DNA of 64,000 bases from the human T2T-CHM13v2.0 reference genome, Homo sapiens, in NCBI RefSeq assembly GCF_009914755.1, contig NC_060940.1. One strand, 5' to 3'. The number at the start of each line of letters is the position of its first letter. The first letter of the stretch is position 1. Both the position numbers and the translations under genes were made by a program. The notes beneath the pieces are model-generated. The model was not told the origin of the DNA and searched no databases. It saw only the letters and a program-made list of their open reading frames with translations. Shown one piece after another: positions 55,541-64,000 of this stretch.

Positions 55541-55830
55541 GGTCAGGTGCAGTGGCTCATGCCTGTAATCCCAGCACTTTGGGAGGCCAAGACAGACGGA
55601 TCACTTGAGGTCAGGAGCTCGAGACCAGACTGGCCAAAATGGCGAAACCTCCTCTCTACTCAAATACAAAAATTAGCTGGGCATGGTGGTGGGCACCTAT
55701 AATCCCAGCTACTCAGGAGGCTGAGGGAGGAGAATCACTTGAATCTGGGAGGTGGAGGGTGTAGTGAGCTGAGATCACCCCACTGCACTCCAGCCTGGGT
55801 GACAGAGTGAGACTCCGTCTAAAAATAAAT
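55541..55830 (+). mobile_element. Alu, AluS-type
   Basis: TSD AAGATTCA(C/T)TGT. Confidence 0.93.
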
Positions 55831-55984
55831 AAGATTCATTGTCTCCATCTGAATAACAGAGCTTACAAAACAGTTACAGGCTTTTTAGTTGGGACCTCTG
55901 GAACAATTCCCCTTGGAACACCTATCTCTCTCCTCCACATAAATAATATACTGTCATGAGATGTTCTGTCTGTATTCCTTAGAC

Positions 55985-56191
55985 CTGTACTGTCTGATAT
56001 GGTAGCTACTAGCCAAATGTGGCTATCTACTTTTAAATTAATTAAAATAAAATAAAATGTAAAAATTCAGTTCCACAGTTAAACAAGCCACATTTCAAAG
56101 GCTCAATATCAAGTGGCCGGTGACTGTTAAATTAGAGAGTGCAGGTGTAAAACATATCCATCATCACAGAAGGTTCTACTGGACAGTGCTG
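55985..56191. mobile_element. MER3 hAT transposon
   Basis: CTGTACTGTCTGATATGGTAGC...TTCTACTGGACAGTGCTG; 8-bp TSD-like CCTTAGAC/CTCCAGAC. Confidence 0.8.
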
Positions 56192-56662
56192 CTCCAGACA
56201 GTGCTCTGAATGAGTTGAAGAGGGTATGCCGATAATTCTAAGTATGTTAATGCAAACCTTTTAAAATGCACACATTTTAATTAAAGCCTAAGTGATGTAT
56301 TCGGATGTTAAGAGTATGGTGGCCTTGTGGTGATATACTTTAAAAGGACTGATGGGTGAATCACGCATGGGCCCTACATAACCTCTCCTCTTGCAGGAGC
56401 TATGACCACAGGCAGTTAACCCCATAAAAGAGGGGCCCCATGGCTGACTCCCTTGTGCAGCCTCAAGCAACAGAACACACCTCCAATGAGGTGGCCACTT
56501 CCATCCTGGAATTCCTGAGGACTCTCTGGCTGCTGGGGTCACAGAATTTCCTGTCTTTTCTGCCATTGACAAGCACTGCTTTGATGAGTACTGTGACAAG
56601 ATGCTTCCCTTTTCTACCCACACGGATCATGGAAAGTGAGATTAAAGTGTGGTTTAACTGCA

Positions 56663-57092
56663 AAAGAAAAGAAAAGAAAAAAGAAAGAAAGGGAGAGAGG
56701 GAAGGAAGGAATGAACGAAGGAATGAAGGAAAGAAGGAAGGAAGGAGGAAGGAGGGAGGGAAGGAAGTAGGGAAGGAAGGAAAGAAGAAAGGAAGGAAGA
56801 AAGGAAGGAGGGAAGGAAGAAAGGAAGGAGGGAAGGAAGGAAGGAAAGAAAAAGGAAGAAAGGAAGGAGGGAGGAAGGGAAGGGAGGAAAGAAGGAAGGA
56901 AGGAGGGAGGGAAGGAAAGAAGGAAGGAAAGTAAAAGGAAGAAAGGAAGGAGGGAGGGAAGGAAGGAAAGAAGGAAGAAAGGAAGGAAGTGAAGGAAGGA
57001 AGGAGGGAAGAAAGAAAGAGAAAAAGAAAGACAAAGGAAAGGAAGAAAGAAAGAGAAAAAGAAAGAGAAAGGGAAGAAAGAAAGAAAGAAAG
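56663..57092. repeat. Polypurine (GGAA/GAAA/GGAG) low-complexity tract
   Basis: ~430 bp with only 7 pyrimidines on the + strand. Confidence 0.97.
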
Positions 57093-57660
57093 TCACCATA
57101 TGACCCAGCAATTTGACTCCCAGGTTATACCCAAGAGAAATTAAAATATGCATATATGCAAAAGTTTATACACAAATGTTCAAATGTTCATACCAGCGTT
57201 ATTCAAAATCACCAAAAAGTGAAAATGAACCTGAATATCCATCAACCGATGAATGGATACATAAGATGTAGTTAATCCATGCAATGGAATATTATTCGGC
57301 CATAAAAAGGAATGCAGTGTTGACACATGCTACAATGTGGATGAACCTTGAAAGCATCATGCCAAATAAAACAAGATACAAAGGACCACATATCATGTGA
57401 TTTCATTTCTATTAAATACTCAGGACTGGCAAATCCATAGAGACTAAAAGTAGATTCATGGTTTCCAGGGAGAGGGGAGAGCAGGGGGAAGAGGGAGTGA
57501 GTGCTAATTGGCATGGATTGGAGGGGAGGGGGAAAGAAAATGCTCTGAAACTGATTGTGGTGATAGTTGTGCAACTCTATGAATATACTAAAAACCATTG
57601 AAATGTACACTTTAAATAGGTTAATTGTGTGGTTTGTGAATTCTATCTCAGTAAAGCTGT
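57093..57660 (+). mobile_element. L1MB/MC 3' end
   Basis: CACCATATGACCCAGCAAT, GGCAAATCCATAGAGAC, TATCTCAGTAAAGCTGTT. Confidence 0.85.
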
Positions 57661-57805
57661 TTTTGTTTTCAAAAAGCCAGAGGCAAAGTCCATGGAATCT
57701 TGGGAACAATTGCAAAACACAGTTAAGCCTCTGCTGCCTATATTTGGGTCTCTTCCTTCAAGGAAAAGACACACTAGGTAAGTATTTAATACATATTTTG
57801 TCATT

Positions 57806-58165
57806 TGGTATGGTTTGTGTTCCCACCCAAATCTCATCTTGAATTGTAGCTCCCATAATTCCCATGTGTTGTGGGAGGAACTTGTTGGGAGATAATTGAA
57901 TTATGGAGGTGGTTTCCCCCACACTGTCCTCGTAGTAGTAAATAAGTCTCATGAGATCTGATGGTTTTACAGGGGAAACTCCTTTTGCTTGGCTTTCTCA
58001 TTCTGTCCTGTCTGCCGCCATTTAAGACGTGCCTTTTGCCTTCCATCATGATTGTGAGGCTTCCCCAGCCATATGGAACTGTGAGTCCATTAAACCTCTT
58101 TTTCTTTATAATTTACCCAGTCTTGGGAATGTCTTTATCAGCAGTGTTAAAAACAGACTAATACA
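57806..58165 (+). mobile_element. THE1 solo LTR
   Basis: TGGTATGGTTTG..CCCACCCAAATCTCATC...GACTAATACA; perfect TSD TCATT. Confidence 0.93.
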
Positions 58166-58171
58166 TCATTC

Positions 58172-58303
58172 TTTTTTTTTTTTTTTTAAGGTGGGGTCTC
58201 ACTATGTTGCCCAGGCTGGCCTTGAAGTCCTAGGCCCAAGCAATCCTCCCACCTCGGCCTCCCAAAGTGCTGGGAGTACAGGCATGAGCCACTGTGCCCA
58301 GCC
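58172..58303 (-). mobile_element. FLAM_C-like Alu monomer
   Basis: poly(T), GGGGTCTCACTATGTTGCCCAGG, single arm. Confidence 0.88.
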
Positions 58304-58322
58304 AACATATTGTGTCATTACC

Positions 58323-58636
58323 TTTTTTTTTTTTTTTTTTTTTTTGAGACGGAGTCTTGCTCTGTCACCCAGACTGGAGTGCAGTGGCGCAATATCGGCT
58401 CACTGCAAGCTCCACCTCCTGGGTTGGGTTCACGCCATTCTCCTGCCTCAGCCTCCTGAGTAGCTGGGACTACAGGCACCCGCCACCACGCCTGGCTATT
58501 TTTTTTTGTATTTTTTTTAGTAGAGACGGTGTTTTACCATGTTAGACAGGATGGTCTCGATCTCCTAACCTTGTGATCCACCCGCCTCAAACTCCCAAAG
58601 TGCTGGGATTACAGGCATGAGCCACCGCGCCTGGCC
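58323..58636 (-). mobile_element. Alu, AluY-type
   Basis: GCAAGCTCC, TTCACGCCATTCTCC, GGATGGTCTCGATCTCC diagnostics. Confidence 0.92.
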
Positions 58637-58830
58637 TACTTTTTTTTTAAGTTAAAAAGTAGGCCAGAGAAACATTCCAGGAGGGAGACAGGATAAAAGC
58701 AATGATGTAGACACTCAGGGTTTCTGTAGTCATTTGGAGATGAGGAAGTCATGTGAACAGGAGTCTGATTTTGGCAGAGTGTTTACAAAGATATAAGAAG
58801 GAAGGGGCCTTCATTGGCAGGTGAGAAGAT

Positions 58831-59277
58831 TCATAGAAATGGAAGCTTTGGAAGGTTAGGGGGGTGCAGAGTGGGGTTTTATAAATAATAATAATAGAAA
58901 AAAGCAGTGGTATGAAAAATGAATTGGAAGGAAATGTACACATTCCCTCCTGGTTTCGGAAATTGTTTAAGGTTGCTTGCAAGGATTGAAAAAGCCCATA
59001 AGCCAACAGGAATTAAGAGTCCAAGAGTGGTAGCTCACGCCTGTAACCTCAGAACACTCATAGAAATGGAAGCTTTGGAAGTTTAGCGGGGTGCAGAGTG
59101 GTGTTTTATAAATACAAAAAAAAAAGTAGTGGTAGGAAAAATGAATTGGAAGGAAATGTACACATTCCCTCCTGGTTTCAGAAATTGTTGTTTAAGGTTG
59201 CTTACAAGGATCGATAAAGCCCATAAGCCAACAGGAATAAAGAGTCCAGGAGTGGTGGCTCACGCCTGTAACCTCAG
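58831..59277. repeat. Two-copy tandem duplication, period 227 bp, including an Alu 5' end
   Basis: TCATAGAAATGGAAGCTTTGGAAG...CTCACGCCTGTAACCTCAG at 58831-59052 and 59058-59277. Confidence 0.96.
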
Positions 59278-59535
59278 TCCTTTGGGAGGCCAAGGTGGGT
59301 AAATCACCTGGGGTCAGGAGTTCGAGACCAGCCTGGCCAACATGGCAAAACCCCATCTCTATTAAGAATACAAAATTAGCTGGGCATGGTGGCGGATGCC
59401 TGTAATCCCAGCTACTCGAGAGGCTGAGGTAGGAGAATGGCTTCAACCCAGGAGGCAGACGTTGCAGTGAGCCGATAGCATGCCAGCCTGGGCATGACGG
59501 AGCAAGACTCCGTCTCAAAAAAAAAAAAAAAAAAA
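59244..59535 (+). mobile_element. Alu, AluSx-type
   Basis: Dimer with A tail; short 3' deletion. Confidence 0.93.
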
Positions 59536-59824
59536 TTTGGTGAGAGAAGGTGGCAAAACAAAGGAGGTGGGAGAGGATACATGCTGCGACAATCTATTGA
59601 GTATTTGGGCACTATGTTGGACACTGGTGGGGAACAAAGAATGACCACAGCCTGTTTAGGGTGTTCGGAGAAAATAATCAAGTATCTGTACTATCATGTG
59701 ATAAATGCTCTGGGGGAAAGAGGAGAAGGCCAAGGGTGTTCTGGAGTCAGAGAGGAATGGAGATGAGAAAAAGATCATTACTACAATATATAGTCAGTAT
59801 CTTCAACAAGGGCAGAGGCATGGA

Positions 59825-60183
59825 AGATAGACAGACAGATAGACAGACAGATAGATAGACTAGATAAGATAGATGATAAATGGATAGAGGATAGAGAATA
59901 GATGATAGATAAATAAATAAGATATATGCTAGATGTTAGATAGAGGAGATAGAGGATGGACGGATAGTTAGAGGATAGATAATAGATAAATGATAGCTGA
60001 ATGATAATAGATGATAGATGAAAGATAGATGATAGGTAATAAATGATAGATGGTAGATCAGTGATAGATGACAGATAGGTGATAGATGATTGATAGACAG
60101 GTGATTGATACATAGGTTGATAGATTAGATATGAATAGACAGACAAATAGGTAATAGGTAGATAGGTGATAGATAGATAGATG
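59825..60183. repeat. Degenerate (GATA)n/(GACA)n microsatellite
   Basis: Visible directly. Confidence 0.95.
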
Positions 60184-60297
60184 AGGTATCAATTGATAAA
60201 AATGTCTTTCTATGAAAACCAGCTTTAGGATGCCCCCATGAGGCCTTCTGGTCTCTGTGAATCTACTTTGATAAAGCAATGGTTAGAAAAACCACAG

Positions 60298-60680
60298 TGG
60301 GTCAGAGTAGACAGGGTAGACTACACATGCTACAGTGACAGACTAAACCAGAGTTACAGTAGCCTGACAACGAATATGTATTTCCCACTCACACTCTACA
60401 TCCCACATGGTCAGTGGGGAGGGAGGTGGGCATCTCTCTATACAATTCCTCAGAACCCAAACTCATGGAGACTGGGATTCCTTCTTATGAAGCCACCATA
60501 TCAGCATGGCTCCCAGGGGGTCACAGCAGGAGAGAAGAGAGATTTAGGAACTCACATTCACTCCTAATGCCTCTGCCTGAAAGTGAGCCACATCACTTCT
60601 ACCAGCAGCCCACTGGCTAGAATGGGTCACATGACCTTGACCTAACTGCAAGGGTAGCTGGGAAACACAGAGGGGCACAT
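60298..60680 (-). mobile_element. MLT1J-type LTR
   Basis: ACATCACTTCT..CACTGGCTAGAA..GTCACATG..CCTAACTGCAAGGG..GCTGGGAAA. Confidence 0.65.
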
Positions 60681-60764
60681 AAGTTTTTTTTTTTTTTTTT
60701 TTTTTGGGGCGGGGGGCATTGCTGTTTTTGCCAATACTGCTGCTATTATTGCTACTACCACTAA

Positions 60765-60975
60765 TAATAATAATAGTTCATATTTATTCAGTGGTTGCTA
60801 TGTGCCAGGCACTGTGCTTTACACACGCTGTTAAATTCAATCTCCCCTGAAGTCTCTGAGAGCTAAGCAACTGTTCCTATTTAACTGGTAACTAAATTTT
60901 TTAAATGTGACCCACAAGGAAAAGACGGAGCTGGGATTTGATCCTACGCTGTCCCACTTCTGAGCCCACACTCTT
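60765..60975 (-). mobile_element. MIR
   Basis: CTATGTGCCAGGCACTGTGCTT..GGAGCTGGGATTTGA. Confidence 0.65.
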
Positions 60976-62269
60976 CCCGCCCTACATCCCCAGCCCTCCT
61001 TCCTGCAGTTCAATTTTCTGATGAGACAGAAAGTAGCTATGGGTCTTGTACATGACCCCAAGGCTCTGCGCTCTGCACCTCTCCAGCCTCTCTTGGGAAG
61101 GAATGAATCACACCGCCCCAGTTTGCTGCACCTTCTTTCCACCTGGACATCCAGGCTTTTGTCAATAAGAGGGTACTTTGCTGCTTTATTTTTACACTTG
61201 AATAACATGCATTATTTAGCAGCAGAGTTTCAAAAACATTGAAATGACCCTTGTAAACATGGTTAAAACGTTTTCCTTTCAAAAGGCTCTGCTGGTCTTT
61301 GTAGCAGTGGGATTTCAGCACACAGAAGTAGCTTCCTCTTTTTTCCTTTGGTGCCAAATGTATCTTAATTTTGTTTAACATGGAATAAATATTTAGTTTT
61401 ACTCTCCCAGTGCTAAAAGACATTTATACAAGCTTTTGAGTTATTTGGAAATTGTCTTGATAATTAGCTATATTTTCACAGAGATCAAGAGGGCTTCATG
61501 TTTCTTCTTCAATTAAGTTTTCTTGTTTGTTTGTATTTCTTTGTTTTGTTTTTACCGAGTACTTAAAAATTATCAAAGTGGAAAGCTTTTTTTACTTGAA
61601 TGTTTTGGGTGTCTGGAATAAAGCAAAAATTCATCTTAAGAGAGAGACGTCTAGATGTTAACTATCCTAAAATGACATCACTTTTCTGCTTTTACTTTAT
61701 ATCTTAAAAATAACAGCATACATTTGTGAAACAAATTTCAGAGAGCACTTTTGGTGTGTAGAGTGAGAACCCAAGTTATTCATTATTTTTTTTCCGCAAA
61801 GATTGCTTTGGGTGTGGGTATGGGATAGGTTAGAGCAAGATATGTCTCTCTTCGGTTAGTTTCAAACACTTGTAGAATAAGCTACCTATGGACACAAACA
61901 AGGCTCAAGTTGACAAAACGAAGGAGGGTGGAAGTCAGAGGAATGGTTAGATCACTTTCAATGCAGAAAGTATGAATGTTATTTCAGGGAACTTTCACAC
62001 ATGTGAGCATGATAACCATCAAGGCAGGGAGAGATCACAAGAAAAGGTAAAGGTTTGTTGAGCCACATATGAATTTAAATCCTGGCTCTCCTACTCACTT
62101 GCTGTGTACCTTTCGGAATGCCAGTTAACCTCTCTGCGCCTCAATTTCCTCCTCCAAACAATGAAGAGCTGGCGATCACTAAGGTTTCTTCCTTCCTTCC
62201 TTCCTTCCCCTCTCCTTCTCTCCCTCCCTTCCTCTCTCCCTCTCTCCCTCCCTTCCTTCTTCCTTTTTT

Positions 62270-62645
62270 AAGGACATACCAAATATTGTTTTAGGTACCA
62301 GGGCCACAGCAATGGCCATAAAAAAATTACTTGCAACCACAGAGGTTACATGGACAGGAGTAAGCCAGTGAACAAATTAGCAAGAGAATGAAACTGATAA
62401 TTTTAGATAATGTTGAGTGCTATGAAAAACATAAAGTAAGTTAATGGGACGTTGAGTGATGGGGGCAGGAGGAACTGTTGATCTAATGGCATGGGAAGGC
62501 CTCTAGGAGGGTGGGATATTTCAGTGCAGGTCTAGGGGATGAGAAGGACCAGCCATGCACTCAACGACCTGGGGGAAGAGCAAAGAGCATCCCCCAACGG
62601 CAAGGGCAAAAACAAGGGCCTGGAGGTGGGTGTCAGCTTGTAACA
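62270..62645 (-). mobile_element. L2 fragment, preceded by a CT-rich tract and a MIR piece (~62065-62265)
   Basis: GAGTGCTATGAAAAA, GGGAAGGCCTCT, GATGAGAAGGACCAGCCATG. Confidence 0.55.
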
Positions 62646-63099
62646 CTCAGTGGGGGCAGTCTCTGATCTAGGTACAGAATTGTCTTAGCATCCATCTTTC
62701 TTCCTCTGTGTTCTTTCTGCCCTCCTAGGCAGCATCTCATTTAAAGCTCTCCACAGTGCCTGCAGTTGTCCACTCTCCAGTGACAGCATTCTCTTGGGTT
62801 CACAGCTCTGTCTGAGCATTCTGTGGAGGATGTGCATGGTATTTTGCATCTTTCTCATTGGGATGGTAGGGAATTCTCAATGAGCTGGGTTTTCTCCCTA
62901 CCAGCTCTCTGGGACAAGGGCAGCCTCTACCTCCCCGTGTGCTGCTGGCAATTTGTACCAGGACACTGGGAACAGCAAATACTGGTTTCTACAAAAACAT
63001 TACTCTCTAAGGTATGTGAATTAAGGAGCAGGAATCCACGATATTTTTATCTGAGCCTTGGGAGTGTACTCAATTTCGGAAGCACTTATGGCCTAGTGA

Positions 63100-63315
63100 C
63101 TAGGGACGCAGTCACTGAATTTGGAACTCCTGGGTTCAAATCCTGCTGCTATTAATTCACATCCAGGTGGCCCTAACCCAGTTAATCAGCCTCTCTGTGC
63201 CCCGGTTTCCTCCTACTCAAAATAGGGATAGCTCTTTCCATTCAAAGAGACAGATGGCTTAGCACAGTGCTTGGAACACTATAAGAACTCAATAAATTCA
63301 GCTGCTCTTACTATT
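63100..63315 (+). mobile_element. MIR
   Basis: CCTGGGTTCAAATCCTG..CCTCTCTGTGCCCCGGTTTCCTC..CTTAGCACAGTGC..CTCAATAAA. Confidence 0.75.
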
Positions 63316-63409
63316 TTATTTGTCCTAAGAAGAAATGCAAGTCCAAACTTTAATCCTTTTCCTTCATTTCTTCCTTCTCTCCTTCCTTCGTAAGTGTCAA
63401 CCGTTCGTT

Positions 63410-63794
<385 letters not shown>

Positions 63795-64000
63795 TGACAT
63801 GAGGAATCTAGAGGCAATGGAGAACTAGTCCAGGAGTGCAGGGTAGTGAGCGAAGGGGGATTGACTGTATCACTGCTTGGCTCCTATCTGAGTGTCCTTG
63901 AATCACTTATTTTAAGGATTCTCCGGGCCTTAGTTCCTTCATATGTAAACCGGAAGAGAGAAATCTGTGCTAAAGGGTTTGTGTGAGGCTTTAGCCATGC

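Noticed and set aside
56663-57092. EWS-FLI1-type GGAA enhancer microsatellite
   Set aside because: Uninterrupted GGAA runs are only about 3-4 units long.
56440-57153. ORFs of 164, 179 and 126 aa
   Set aside because: Stop-free translations of the polypurine tract; low complexity.
59781-60279. Ser/Ile/Tyr/Leu-rich ORFs
   Set aside because: Translations of the GATA repeat.

Overview
Primate (hominoid, human-like) non-coding DNA, intronic or intergenic, dominated by interspersed repeats. I found no host protein-coding exon, RNA gene, CpG island or CRISPR array, and I cannot name the locus. The content is ~24 Alu dimers plus monomers, old and young L1 pieces, many solo LTRs (MER41B, THE1, MST, MLT1/2, LTR8, MER4, MER39, LTR16), one two-LTR MST element, hAT/mariner fossils, MIR/L2 and simple repeats. 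All family names are assigned from memory of consensus sequences, not from a RepeatMasker run. Every ORF with recognisable protein similarity is L1-derived. The most notable structures are: (1) a twin-primed L1PA2 with a perfect 17-bp TSD, nested in an older L1MA that itself appears 5'-inverted; (2) a MER41B LTR retaining both GAS/STAT sites; (3) a recurring set of short-range template-switch scars, namely micro-inversions, fold-back palindromes, locally copied 35-45 bp patches and tandem duplications. I do not see evidence for a new biological system. The findings concern mutational mechanism and possible TE-derived regulation.
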